Source of the DNA: Phyllosticta citribraziliensis
Lineage: Eukaryota
Direction of reading: 5' to 3'
NCBI RefSeq assembly: GCF_038025025.1
Contig: NW_027117341.1
Coordinates: forward strand, 2,294,001-2,358,000
Length of the DNA stretch: 64,000 nt
The position numbers and the translations under genes are program-made. Below, piece after piece: positions 11,941 through 25,416 of the stretch (the stretch's first letter is position 1; every line of letters begins with the position of its first letter). The notes under the pieces were generated by a model, which worked only from the letters and a program-made list of their open reading frames with translations, made no database searches and was not told the origin of the DNA.

Positions 11941-12670
11941 TGGATGTGGTTGGCTTGAAGAGACGTGGGGACGAGGGTAGGATGGCTCGGAGGAGTGAGG
12001 ACGGAAGCGGTTGTTGCTTTCGTTTTCTTAAATTCATGTTAGCGAGCTGGTCAGACCAAGTGAGGCAAGGGGAGAGTGATGACATATTGGAATGTCGGCC
12101 GCATCTACCCGCCTTCGGTCGCTACGGGCGCTCGTCTTGTCACCTTCTCTGCCGCTGTGTTCAGAGGTTGACTCTGAATGGCGCATTTGCGGCGGGACAG
12201 AGGTCAGACTTGTGGTAATGGCCATGATGAGGTACGGGAAGGTCAGATATTCGGACCGAGGTCATGATTGTGGTGTGTGATGTAGACGACGAGGACGAGG
12301 ACGAGGACGACTCGGTGACTCACATAAGCTCCATGGCCTTGCCACCTTAGGCATCTTCTTTTCTCTCTCACCTCACGCTTTGACGAGCCACTGATCAGAT
12401 CCACAGACTTTGACCGCCAGCGGACGCCCTCGCCTCGACTTTTCCGACCCTCATGTCTTGTCTCGCCCACTACAACAATGCAATGTTTCCTCTGGCCCCG
12501 CCCCGACCGTCACAATGCGTCTGCTGTAGTCTTCCAAGCGCTCTCGTCGATTGACTTGGATGGTCCCTGAATCAAGAGAATCAACAGAATCAAGACTTCC
12601 CCCCCTCCAGCCGCCGCTCGCCTTGGGACCCCAGATATCACCACCTATCCGCATATTCAACCTCCACCCG

Positions 12671-13271
12671 TCAGCTTGAGGATGCGGCGCAGCCGAAGGT
12701 CCTGCTCGCCAACGGGGCGTAAGCGGCGTTTGCGTTCCCGACGGCCGTGATGGCTTTGGCAACAGCAGACTGGTACCGCCGCTCTGCGACCTTGGCCTTG
12801 GTCAGTGCCTGCCGGGCCAGGTTGATGAAGCAGTCAAGGAAGCGGGCCTCGGTCGGTGTTGTTTCGTGCTGGGCTATGCCGTCCCGTCTGTCAGTTAGTG
12901 CCTTTTTGAGTGAGTGGGTAGGGACCGGCTTACTGCTGACCATATCCATCTCTGCCTCCATGATGCAGCAAGCAGCATATGTTGTCGTTTGGGAGGCCCT
13001 CCGTCTGGACCGCGCGACGCCCATCATCTTCTTCTTCTTCTCGCCGAAGGCTCTGGACGTCATGTAGCTGGCGCTCCAATTCCGCAATCTCGTCCGCTTG
13101 AAGCTTGTACTGCAGCCTCAGGTCCGCGTTGGCGCGATTGAGTTGGGCAAGTTGTGTTTCGACTTGGGCGCTCGTTTGACGGGCGCGATCGATGCTCGCC
13201 AGCAGCTCGTCTGCCTCAGCGCAGCCGTCGTCGCCGCGGTGCGGAGGGCTCCCTGTCCGCCAGCGCTGCAT
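12671..13271 (-). CDS. Coiled-coil protein, probably 2 exons (intron ~12932-12889)
   Basis: ATG at 13271 (MQRWR), heptads VETQLAQLNRANADLRLQYKLQADEIAELERQLHDV, GTAAGC..CTAAC..CAG intron. Confidence 0.55.
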
Positions 13272-13379
13272 GATGGTGTGTGTGTGTGGGTGGGTGTGGG
13301 GTCGTGGTCGTGGTTGTACGGGCATGCATGAAGACACCAAGACCTAATTTCCCCCTCCACACCACCTGCAAACGCGGCC

Positions 13380-13859
13380 ATGGGCGGATCGCAAACGGCC
13401 CCGGCCCCGGCCCCGGCCCCAGACTGGGACAAGATGGAGGCCTTGGTTCTACGGCTCAGGCAGATCACGAAGCTCCAAGGCCAGGACATCGATGAAATGC
13501 AAGCGGCGCTCAACGACGTGACCAACGCAAAGAACAAGTACAAGGCCGAAGCGGCGGCATTGTTGCAGCGCGAGCAGCAGCTGAGCCAGCAGGTGGCCGA
13601 AACCAACGAGGCTTACGATGAGCTGTACCGGGAATGGGACGCGTCCACCAAGGCGCATTACAACGAGGTGGCGCGTTTGCGCCAGGTCATTGTCGAACAG
13701 AGCGAAGTTATCAACCAGCGGGCCACCATGAGCCACCCACAGGCGACACCGGCGTCATCATCCCAGCCAACTACTACTACTACTACTCCTCATCCATTGT
13801 CGCCCACCATCTGCCACGGAAACCGCAGACCGTCTCGTCCGCCAGCGGCAACTGGATAG
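13380..13859 (+). CDS. Coiled-coil protein, head-to-head with 12671..13271
   Basis: 159-aa ORF with a ~100-aa continuous heptad region. Confidence 0.7.
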   Translation: MGGSQTAPAPAPAPDWDKMEALVLRLRQITKLQGQDIDEMQAALNDVTNAKNKYKAEAAALLQREQQLSQQVAETNEAYDELYREWDASTKAHYNEVARLRQVIVEQSEVINQRATMSHPQATPASSSQPTTTTTTPHPLSPTICHGNRRPSRPPAATG

Positions 13860-14315
13860 GCTTCCCCAACCCGACGTGGGCTTTTACTTGTCGCTGTGGT
13901 CCTTTTAAAAGGACAGACGTCGGCAGCACGTTGCGCATGGCGTTCTGGAGGGTTGGCTCTGCTTCTTCCAGTGTCCGGCCTTTGCGACGCGGTGCTCGCG
14001 GCGGTGTCGTTGCTGTCGAGGACTCTGTCTGCCTCGGGGGGGGATGGGATCGAAGCTTCCCTGCTCCCAACAGTCCCGGTCTTTTCGACAAGGCACCAGT
14101 CGTGTCAGTCGCGCGGCGTGCGCTGGGATAGACAGATGAGGGCGTTTGACGTTGCTGGGTCATTACCCCTATCACGAGGCTTGCCTACAGCCAGAGGGCA
14201 AACGGAGGGTCCATCCCTCACGATCAGGTCAAACTGACACTTTCAGTTTTCACTCCGACGTACCTGTGCAGCGTCAGTCGGAGACGCAGGCTTCTTTTTT
14301 TTTCTTTTTTTTTTT

Positions 14316-14716
14316 GGGTAATATTCTGAATCCACACCTTATTGTCTCAAAACGCCTGAACCTACACCTAACAATCTGAATCCACACCTTGTTATAATTA
14401 TCCCGATTGGGTAACCCCCTGTAATAATCACCACCACCACTACCACCACCACGCGCGCGCACGTCTTCAGCCATGTTTAGCCCCTGGTTATTTAAGGTTC
14501 TACTATCGCGCTCTAGAAATGGACCACGCCGGTGTAATCCTAGTACTAAAACACCCCTATATTTTATAAAAATTTCACTAATACGGACCTCATTACTTAA
14601 CTAATTAGGGAGAAGTGTGGATTCAGAGGTTTTAGATAATTAAGGTGTGGATTCAGATTGTTAGGTGTGGGTTCAGGCGTTTTGAGACAATGAGGTGTGG
14701 ATTCAGATTGTGTCCC
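14316..14716. mobile_element. Non-autonomous TIR element (MITE), probably Mutator-like
   Basis: GGG..CCC termini and ~75-bp TIRs built from CTGAATCCACACCT sub-repeats. Flanked by T-runs on both sides (compatible with a 9-bp TSD). AT-rich interior. Confidence 0.85.
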
Positions 14717-15133
14717 TTTTTTTTTTTCACCCGACGCCGGGTCTTTTGCATCATGAGACTGGCGGGCCACTCATGTCACTCAAAGGGGGAGCGGGATGGC
14801 AATTGTTTGAAAGTTCCGATCGCTCCCGTCTGTTTTCCCTGCTCATCACTCATGGCCGACAGATGATGTGCTCACATCGCGTCCGACAAGCCGGCGGGCT
14901 TTTGACGACGCGCTTCACTGCCATTCCCCCTCATTTCGCTGAAGCGTTCCCTGGTTGCCGCAGCCGTTCATAATGTCTTGAACCTCCCGTGGCGCCCCCT
15001 TTTTCCTCTTGCAACAATTTGAGCGGAGAATAAATAACAGCAGAGGACGTCACTTTCCTTCTCGCTTCAGCCCCTTTCCATTCATCTCTCCACAAAAGAA
15101 TCGAACTTCTGCTACGCAAACCGCTACCCGGGA

Positions 15134-15776
15134 ATGCCTCCACTGCCAGTTCGACTTGTCCCGCGCGAGGACCGGCGCGACGGTTCAATTCCGCCAGGGA
15201 AAAGGCGCCGCTACTGTGAGTTTACCCATGCCCAAGGGATCACAACCTTTTGTGCATTTGTCTGACCGGAGCACCCGTACAGATTCTCCGAGCCGAGACT
15301 CCAGCGACAAGTCAGACGACATGGTCGAGTCTTGTGCCGACAAAGGAGAAAAGGAGGGCCATGACGACGCGGCAAGCCGTACCTCCGCCACCGCAACCGC
15401 CGCTGCTGTAGCGGGTGGAAGTGCATTGGTCCGCCGCGGCAGTGACAATTCCGCATCCTCCCCCGGTCCTGACGGCAAACAAGACAACGGAGCAGAGATC
15501 GACTGCTCCAGCGATCATGTCAGCCTGGCGATTGACGCAGGCAAGACGACGCCGACGCCGACGCCGACGCCGGCAACCATCGAGACGTTGCGCAAAGCTG
15601 CGGCCGATATGCGCTCCACCATTCCCCTGATGCGAGAGGCTTGGGGCCATGTCGCCGGCTTCTGTGGTCGGCCGGGCATTCGTCATGACTTTGAGCGCGC
15701 GTGCGGCCTGCTCGACGACGTCGCCGCGGACATTGCGGTGTGGGCGCGCCGCCATGAGCATGGAGGTTGTACCTAG
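15134..15776 (+). CDS. Hypothetical protein with PxGKRRRY N-terminus and helical C-domain; intron 15216-15282
   Basis: Phase-1 intron GTGAGT..CTGAC..CAG is in frame. A paralogous pseudogene lies at 40745. Confidence 0.7.
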
Positions 15777-16052
15777 TCCGTTCTTAGGTAGTTAGCACGT
15801 TCACGCTCGCAAGATGTGGATTCGTGTTGGTGTTGTCGTACCTTTTCTCGCGACGCAATATTGACAGTATTCGCGCGCCTGATGCAGACGCTCGACGATG
15901 ATGAGCCCACGCAGAGGAGGGCGGATACGCATGCAGCTGGCCGTCGGTCAACAGTCAGCACGTCTAGGTTGACTGCCCACCCATCATCTCATCTTCCATA
16001 CTCCATCTTTTGCCGCACGCACGCACGCACGCATTGCAACAGCCATCCGAAC

Positions 16053-16642
16053 ATGTCATCATCTTCGTCTTCGACGCCCAGTAATGCCCCGCCCGCGCAA
16101 CAAAGTGTCCAACACGCAGCAGCCGAAGCCCAAGCTAACCATTGCGTTTGCGTCCAGGCCTCCGAATCCGCAGTCCGCAGCAGCAGCAGCAGCTGTTGAC
16201 CGAAGCGCACGCCCTGGTGGCCGTCTACAACGCGCGGCAGCCCGAAAACCGGAGCTCGCTGCAGCGCAGCGAGCAGACGGTGCTGCGCATCGCGAGCCTG
16301 CTGGCGCTGCTCGACCCGACAAACGCGCACCGGCATCCCCAGACAACCATGGAGTCGCTCGACGGGCCCATGGGCCGCAACATACGCATGCTGGGCCAGC
16401 GCGCCTCGCAGGTGCTCGCCCTGCTCGACCACATGGCCCGCGAGTCCGGAAGCGTGCGGCGGCTGCACGAACAGGAGCGGCGCCGCGCCAGCGATGACGA
16501 TGATTACAACGACTGCTGCTGCTGCTTGGTCATCCTCGTCGTCGTCGTCTTCGTCGTGCTCGTCTTGGTCGGCGTGGCTGGGACGAGGCGCCAGCAGAGC
16601 CGCGAGGCCCGCGACCCTCGCTACGCAACGCTCCTTGACTAG
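16053..16642 (+). CDS. Tail-anchored membrane protein, Tlg1/syntaxin-6-like Qc-SNARE (tentative); intron 16081-16157
   Basis: Intron GTAATG..GCTAAC..CAG is in frame. Helical region LDGPMGRNIRMLGQRA..LLDHM followed by YNDCCCC-LVILVVVVFVVLVLV, like the Cys-rich juxtamembrane end of Tlg1. Confidence 0.5.
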
Positions 16643-19600
16643 GTGTATGGGAAATGGATCGCGAAATCAGGAACGCTTCTGGTCCTGCGGGCCGCGGGTT
16701 TTCGGAGTGTTCGTCATGTGTTGCGTCATGGAATTGCCGGGTGCGCGGGAGATGGAACGCGTAACGAGATTGGCATTCTGTTCGGCGGCATTGGTAAGGC
16801 CTGGAAATCATCGGTCAAGCGTCGAGAATCAATGGCCGCGTTTGGAAATCAAAGGGAGAGGTTTCTGAGACCACTCACAAATTATTCAAGCCGGTTTCAT
16901 TTGGATTCAGCGCGGCGAAGAGCTGGAAAGATGGGATACATGGATATAAAGGTGTGCCAACTTTGATGTACCTACCACCACCACAATCACGGGGACTCTG
17001 CGAAAATCCATTCCTTCCACCTAAATGCACCGTCGCCTCGCCCAAGTGAGTCGTCAGCTCGACACTGCCCGCCATGGTGGTGGCCTGTTGGTGCTTCATG
17101 CGGGCAAAAAGCTTCGAGGGGAACAGCAGCGGCTCGGGCGTTGTAAGGCGGGTGGTGGTGGTGCTGCTGCCGGTGGTGCTGTTGGCAGGGGAGGAGGACG
17201 AGGAGGACGAGGACGAGGACGAGGAGGGAGACTAGTTGGTGTTGTCGGGGTGCTTGCGGCTGCTGCTTCTTCGCCGTTGCTGTTGTTTGTATTGTCTTGT
17301 CCCCTTTCGTCCTCTTCATCTCCATCCTCTCTCGCGGCTGCCTACGTCAACTCCCCCTCCTCCTCCTGTTCTTATTGTCGTCATTCTTGGTCATAGATTT
17401 GACGGAGTATCGCGTGTGTTCGATCCTCGCGGAACCATGGCTAGAAGGGCGAGTGGAGGACTTTGGGATCCATACGAATGGCGTGGATCCGTAGACTTGG
17501 TCGATGCACGATTGCATGTTGGCTGGCTGGCGGGCGGTTTGAAAAGGGCTTCTGCTGCTGCTGCTGCTGTTGCCGTTGGTCAGTACATTCTGGAGTTAAA
17601 CGCCATATGACTGGGTGAGGGGGCTGGTGAGATGTGGAACTTGTATTATCTGAATCCGCGACTCCTGGAGGCCCGAGAATCGTTGCTGCCGCTTGGAACA
17701 TCATAATCATCCGGCGGAGCCATTCCTGAATTGACGAGCCTTTTGGCCACACGGCCTTTGGTCCTTGACGTGAGCGACGTGGAATTGAGAGCGTATGATG
17801 TAGCGCGGTCGGGTTGGGTTTCGCCGTTGGAAAGCAGAAGAAAGGTGGGCGATGTGGTCCATTTCACGTTCAGCGCAGGTCAGTCTTGCAAGGAGGGACT
17901 AGGGGCGTCTTGCAGGTGATGCATGCAGGTGTCGCGTCTCAGGTAAACACTGCCCCGGCTTGTGGAACCGAATTGATTGAACCTTGGCCATGTCGAAGCT
18001 ACAGTACATAGAGGCCCAGGCCACGAACATATGCAAAAAGCAGCTGCGCGCGCGGGAGCGATCTGGGAAGTAGAGTAGTTAGTACCGGCGGCAGCAAGAG
18101 AGTGACAAGAAAAAACAATGTTTAGGACCCACCATGGCGAGACAAGGGTCCGCATAACCAAGGAAGAGTAAAGAGTTGAGGTTACGGACTGGGGATGGCC
18201 TCAAGTAGAACCGGCCCCACATTGAAACTGAACGAACAAGGAAACAAACAAAACGAATCAAAGGGACGGGACTGACGGCATCGACATTGCAAACGGGCAT
18301 ACAGCCGCACACGCTCCTCTGCCGGACCACGCGACTCACAGCGCTCCAGCTTTGTAGCCATCCGATTGTATGCTACGATGTTCTGGCAGAAGACCTGGTC
18401 GTGCTCCCTCTTCGTAGGCGTCGGTGCGGGCGTCGCGGGCGTCGCGGGCGTCGGCCAGCGCCAGGGTGGCCCGGCCGCTTTAACGGCCTGCTCGCTGGCC
18501 TTGACGCCTTGCTCCGCCTGCTGCAGCTGCTCGAAGAGCTTGACATAGCCTTCTTTTTTTTTTTTTTTTTTTTGGCCTGGCTGGTTGTGGTCGGCTATAT
18601 GGCGCTGTCCGTGAGCCGTGCGTGGTCTCTGGGCAAGGAAGACGGGGGCCAGGCGGACCTCTGTTTGCTTCTTGTCTATTGACAGGTGAGCTTTAGGACG
18701 CAGAGATTGGAGCAGTGGTGCTGACGGCGGTGCTGTTTGAGATGGTTGTGTCGGCAGGGAATGAAACGAAAACCCCACGGCATGGCTACATGTAAGTACG
18801 CATCTCAGGCCTCGTCGTCACTTGCGCGCCAGCTCATTGCCTTCTGTGTGCAGCCAAGCGAGGATGACACCAAGCAAGCAAGATGCCTTGGGACGAGAAT
18901 TGTGTGCCGGATTAAAGTCGACACCCGAACATGTGCACAGTCACACCAAACGGTCGTCAGCATGGCGTCTGTGCTACCCTTCTCCTCCCCTCCCGTCCTC
19001 TCTCTCTTTCTCTCCCTCTCTCTTGTTCACCCCCCATCCTCCCAGTCACACCATGGACGTGCATGTCAAACACCTGCTCCACCGTCCGGTATCACTCAGC
19101 TCCCAGACAGCCGTCGCCGCCATGCACCTCTGCACACGGATCAACCGCTCAACGCCGCCAAAGCTGCCGTCTCCCTTGGAGTCGCTGCCGGCTTGGAAGT
19201 GGAGGCACGCTTCCGTCATGCCCTGGACCTGCTAGACCATTTCGAACTTTTCGCCCATGGCCACCGCGACGGCGGCGCTGATCGCCGTCATGTCATCGAT
19301 GTCATCCATGTCATCTTGCGACTCCCCGGGCGGTGAGGATGCTGATGGATGCCAGGCACACTGGCGGGTCCGGAAGGAGCAGAATCATTTGTATTGTGAG
19401 AGAGGAGGACGCGCGCGCGGTGATGGAGTCGCTAATAGAGCGCGCACCGCGCACGTGCCTGGTGGACTAACTAACTACGGACTGGCTGCGCACGACTCAC
19501 CTGTGGAGGGACTCCATCAGATGCCAGTGTTGATGGCGATGCTAGACGCGAGGTTGGTGGGGACGCCGTCAGGGAGGTGCCGCTGGACGAAGGCTTGGTC

Positions 19601-22600
19601 GCCCAGATAAAGGCCGTGGGGACGTCGTGGGGAGGAGTTGCTGCCGCTAGACGAAGCCATGATCACCCAGATAGGGGCCGGCGGAGTGGGAACCCGGTTG
19701 CCAGCATCATGAAGGGATAATTCTGCTGCTGCTGCGGACCCCCGAAAAGGCCGTCGTCGTACTGAGTTTGGACAAAGAGCGTCCCTCTGAGATCCCCATG
19801 CGCCGCGCCGTTCCCTCGCCGGTGGTTCCGGCGTTCAGACTGGACGCCAAAGGAGTGTATGGCGGCGGCGTGGCATTGTCCTGTTGTTGATTGGGTGGGT
19901 CCCATCGATCCATCATTTTGTGGACAACACCCAGCAGTCTTCCGTCGCGTCGTCTCAGCTGCAGTTCACCTGGGGTGGCGGAGGGGACGCTGCGGCAGAT
20001 AGAGCGGTAGCTGTAGACAAAATCAATAGAACGAAGCTACATTATCATGCTCGCACTCTACGAAATACGACATACCACTGCGAGAGCAAAAGCGAGATCA
20101 GCGTCGCGGGGGGAACGTGGCCGCCGTCTTGGTTGATCGGAGAGAACGTCTGCGTCTTGCAAAGGAATGGGCGGGGGTGGAGTTACATAGTAATCTGGCT
20201 CCATTGACAACCTCATGTGAAAGGAGGGCATGAGCGTGACGCGCTGAGGAACGGGGACGCAGGCGGAAATACCGCAAGGCGACGGGCCGCGAAAAGCTTC
20301 AACAAAGATCTGCTGATTAGTGTAGTGTTTAAGAGGGATTTCTTAAATCTCCGATACAGCGACCGAATGAGACTGACGGACGGTAGGGGCGGGATGTAGG
20401 TAAGTTTATCAGAGGGGAAGAACAATAGTCGACAAGATAGGTAGGGGGGTTAAGACAGGAGTAATCATGCAAACACGTGTAGTTTACCATACCATCAAAG
20501 CTCATCTGCCGCCTGGCCATTGGAATAATGGCGGAGCCGATGCAAGTTTTCTTGCTCCACGGAGCTGATGCAATGCTACGTGGCCCGGCGATGATGTTGG
20601 ACGATGGCAGAACTGCGGAGTTGTCAGCGACCTGGGACGGGTAATGGTTGTAACGCATCGCGGCACGGTGCAACCGACGCGGACTGACAGCCATCGTACC
20701 GAAGCAACGAGTCAATCTTGAATTGAGTCTTCTGTTTGGTGGGGCAATGGTTCTAGCGACTGTCGCCACAATAGGGTCGCTCAGCTGAGCCAATCAGCTG
20801 GGATCGACGGAAGGAGCAAGGCAGTGGCATCTTACCAGACTGAGCGATTCGGGGCACCGTCAACTCATCTGTGGCCTGTGGCTCTGACTTGCAAGGTGAA
20901 GGCGAGGCGGGACTGCGATGTATCCAGCTGCGTTGGTGCGGAAGTATCAATCACAAAGCGCAGTAGCTCGAAATGAAAGGAAGAGCGAGACAGCGAAGGA
21001 AGCTTTTCTGAGTGGGCAACTCTCCATGAAGCGAGCAAAGGCTGTGGTACTGCTGAGCGGTGCGGGCTGTTATTAGGGCCTGACTAGGTCCTGCTAACTT
21101 TGATCAGAACGGTAGTTCTAGAGCAAGAGGGAGGAACTGACGCGTCTGGTATGTTCGTGAGCAGGGAAGGACTAGAGGGATTGCGATGGTAGGTATTCCA
21201 ACCAATAGACTCATGGCGAGCGCGGCTGCGGCGGCGTACTAGAGCAGTAACGGGGCTACAGCATCGCCATCGCCGCTCAGTAAAGCCGCATCCTCTCTGT
21301 TAAGGGCTGCGGCGATTACCTCGAAATATATGAGATGAGTACGGATCAGAGGGCGGACGTGCAGGATAGCGGCGAGCCGGACAACGACAATGACGACGAC
21401 GACGACGACGACGACGATCGATGAACAGCAGCTTGGCGACAGTCAGGGCAGTCAAGCCGACAAAACAGAGGGGGGCGACGACTGACGGACAGCAAAGAGG
21501 CCAAGCATAGAATGAATTCCGAACGGTGAACTAATGCGCAGCCCCTGGGGGGAAGGGGGGATGAATAGGGAGCAATAGTGCGGAGGAAGTCTGTCAGAGT
21601 GTTAGCATATTGGAAGGAATGTAGTAGAATCAGCAAAGCATACCAGCGTCGGTGAATAAGAGCACCATTATACTTGGTAAGCACAACTGTCGGGAGCGCA
21701 ACGGCGGAACTATGTCAAAGCGTTAGTGATAAATGGAGAGAGGGAGGGAGGAGTTGATGGCGCACATGAGACGGCGACTAGGTGGCTATGCACCCGGCTT
21801 GAGGGGACATCGAGGGGTCCTGTCAAATTTTTGTTTTGCGGTGATTGTCGACTCTTGCCTGGGCGCGGCGGGCGCGGTCGGGTCCAGGTAATGTTGCTAG
21901 AGAAGTCGGATTTGGGGTAGGAGCGTAGTAACTCACTGGCGAACCGGCGGCGCTCTCTCAGCGTAAGAGGCGAGCTCAAGGAGGGCAGCAGAGGAGCGAA
22001 TCGGGACGACGTCGATGTACGTTGATCAAGCTGGCATGAGGCGTCGGGGGACGGAGGGTGTGTATTCGACCGTGGGTCCGGAGGCCTGGAACATGGGTGG
22101 AGCGCATGCGTCAGGACAAGTCCGTGGTTGAGGAAGCATGCCTAGCAGCAGCGAGCAACGATGGGAGAGACCAATTGTGCGAGGTCAGATGAAAATCTAA
22201 ACCGAACATTGAATGAATATCGAGCCCAATGCGCGCCTGAAACTGAGAGGGAACTTCGAGTGGCAGAGAGGATTCTGCCAGGCCGCGAAGGTGCCGAAGC
22301 AACTCGTACAAGATGCCACATCTGCATTTCCAGCCTTTGATCAGTACAAGCTATCTGGAAATGAGGGGAAGGGGTGTCTGTTGACGCACTTGTAGTTTGA
22401 TGATGGCGCTGTGTCGAGTGCTGCTCTGAGGGAATGAAGATGGCTGTAGTGGACGCTGGCAGAACTTTGATAGGGTAAGCAAAGACGAATCTGGGTCGGC
22501 AGAGTGTGCTAAAAGCCGCAGACACCAACCTGTTCTCGATGAGTAGATGGATATGTACTTGTCTGAGAGCATGCGGTCGTGTTGAGAAGGTACCACCAAA

Positions 22601-23613
22601 CAGCCATGCCGACCGCAGGGAGGTCTGGATCGGCCCGGACTTCGAACACAGACACCAGACCTCTATGCGATCGGTGGTGTGGGAAATGAAATACTGAGAT
22701 GGCTGCGGCACGTCGGTCAAGTAGGAGAGCCTGGAAGTTTCCCGGTCTGAGTGGGGGATTGATGACAGACGGTGCGGGAGCGTCGCTGTGAAACCTGTCA
22801 GCCGTTGCAATTGAGGATTTGAGACGGCGAAGCAATACGAGCTAGAAGCAGAAGAAGAGGGAGAGGCACCAGAGGCTGAGCGGCCATGAGCCATGGATCA
22901 AAACTCATCGTCGACGGACGGACCAGCAACCACGAGAAGTTTCACGGTGAAACGCCATCAGCAATGGTTGCAATCGAGGCACTGAGACAGGGAGGGAGCA
23001 GAAAGCGCAAGCAAGACGACGCGGAGCCATGTCAAGGCAGAGATTGAGCGCGACCATTGGCTGTTGAAGCTCATCTTCTTCTGCAGCATGGCGTAGGCGG
23101 AGGCGTAGGCTGACCTGGCGAACGGAGGCGATGGTAGATGAGGGGGACAAGACGGGACTGAGGTTGAGGATCCGATTGTTGAGGTTGAAGGTTGAATCGA
23201 TTGATGACATGGAGAGAAGGACATGGAGCTTCCGGTTAGTAAGCAATGACGTCATCCATCACCACCCCGGCCACCACCACCACCACCACCACCACCACCA
23301 CAACCACCGCACCGCACCCGCACCCGCACCGCACCGCAGGCATCCAGGCATGCATACCTCCTTGGGTATACTGAGACAGACTTCTGCATTGTGTCTCTCT
23401 ACAATGCAGCCGCCCGCCGGTCCCTCTCCACGGGCCTCTGCTGCTCTCCTACAGAACCGAACCGAAGCAAACGCCCGGCGACGGCCGTGGAGCCTCCTGG
23501 ATGCCATGGCCGCAACGTGAGGTACCGTACCTTTAGCAGGCCTCTCCCTCCCCTCTATCGTCTTCTTCCTCCCTTCTTCAACCTACCTACCTCCTACCCT
23601 CCTACCTTCAGCA

Positions 23614-25098
23614 ATGACTCTGGTCGTCCAGCAGGTGGCCCATACTGCGTGGCGCCTGGCCCTAGGGGCGCTGAGCTCGCTCGACGGCTACGTTCCTTCA
23701 ACCAGTCTTGGTCTGGTCGGCCTGCTGCTTGTCCCACTCGTTGCCGGCGTCCTCTTCGTCTTCTGCCTCTGTTTTGGCCGTCTTGCCACCGCAACTCACC
23801 TCTCAATCCACATGGCGCAGAACCAGCATCACGAACAGGCCAGCCTACGCCAGCACCAGGACCCAGCGCAACCGCGGCGTCGCTCTTCCACGGCCTTGCA
23901 ACTAATCGACGAGGCCATCCGCGCCGTGCAACAGCGCAACTTCTGGCGGAAAGTCGTCGTCTTCGTCGGGGCCGCCTTTACATTGGCGTTGGCACTGGCC
24001 GCCCACCACTGGTGGTCCGTAGCCCACGCCAACGCCAACTCCAACGCCAACTCCAGCCTGTTTCATGTCAGCAGCCTCATGGACAGCGCGACCAAAGGCT
24101 CGTCCGAATCCGACGCCGTCTACAGGGCTTCCCCAGACGTCGACATCCTCGTCCACCATATCAAGGCGCTGGCCCCAACATACAACGGTGGGCAGCTGCG
24201 GCGACTCATGTTCGAGGACACTGGCGATGACGGAGTCTGCTGGAGTGATCTCCTCGCCGTCAACGTCCGAGAGACCAATGTCAAGGCAGGGATACTGCGA
24301 AAGGAAGTCGGCAGTATGCTCAACCAGATGAGCTGGTGGCGTTGGCGAGATGTCATCAAACGAGTGCGTCTGTCTCTGTTTTAGAAGGTCTTGTCGCTTT
24401 GCGCTGACCACCAACCAACCAACTAGGTCTCCGTCATGGGCGAATCCATCCTCGCGTTTTCATGCTCAGAAGCCGTCGCTGCTGCACAACCTTGGCGCTG
24501 CGTCGCCAACGCCCGATACCTGTTCGTCCAGGCCCGCAATGAAGTCGGCGGACTCGAAGACATAGCCAGGCGCACGCTCGGCGCGGCGTCCAATCTGTCC
24601 TCCAGGATGAACAAGCTGGCCAACGCCACTGATAGCGTCCATGAATGCTACAAGGGGCGCATGCTGGACGCAAAGGACGGAGTCGAGAAGCTCGCAAAGC
24701 TGCCATTGTATCTGAAGGTGGCGCGGTGCATCCTGCCCAACATAGAGACGTCATACCCTGCGATGGTCCTTCGGCAGTCTACCAAGCGCTTTGAGCTGGA
24801 GGATGAGCATGGCCGCGCCGTGATTGAGAGGTTGGTGAAAGCGAGGCTTGGTGCTCGGCGTCAGCTGCCGGCACAAGTGCTGCAACACTTCATCCAGACT
24901 CTCGAGGAGTACCTGGCATTCACTGCGCGGAGTATGGCGGAACTGGATGGGCTTCTGGAGGACATGGTCGTTGAGCGGCACATGGAGCTTGGCTGGGAGG
25001 AGAGGCGGAAGATGGTGTTCACAAGCATGAGGACAATGGTCACGATCATGGCTCCTCTGGCGATCAAGGGCAGCACGGTCAATGTGGACCAAAATTGA
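23614..25098 (+). CDS. Membrane protein with long helical domain (family member C); intron 24364-24426
   Basis: The GTGCGT..CTGAC..TAG intron joins ORFs 23614 and 24436 in frame. Two hydrophobic segments and NxS/T sites. Confidence 0.75.
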
Positions 25099-25416
25099 TC
25101 ACGCCGTCTATTGGATAGAAGGGTTGGTTCTCTTCCATCATTCTGTCAACAGTTCTCTCCCGGGAGCATCTTATGTCATGTAGCCCATCAGCAAGAGATA
25201 CTTAATTCTCCACTCTCCCCCACTGCCCGGGTTTCTTTGCACGTATCCTTGGTCGCTTCTAGTGCCATCTGGACATTGCGTCTCATTTTCTCCATTCATT
25301 CATTACTTTCCTCATCATTATACCTATCAAAGTCGTCGCAGCACGTCCCAAATCCAAAGCCCGACCAGTGAGTGAGTACATATAGTAGCGAGCCATTCAT
25401 TGCCTTCGCCGTCTTC

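Noticed and set aside
16900..23300. Several possible genes, including a PPPY-motif ORF at 19707-19916
   Set aside because: The frames are fragmented by stops and I could not build consistent gene models.
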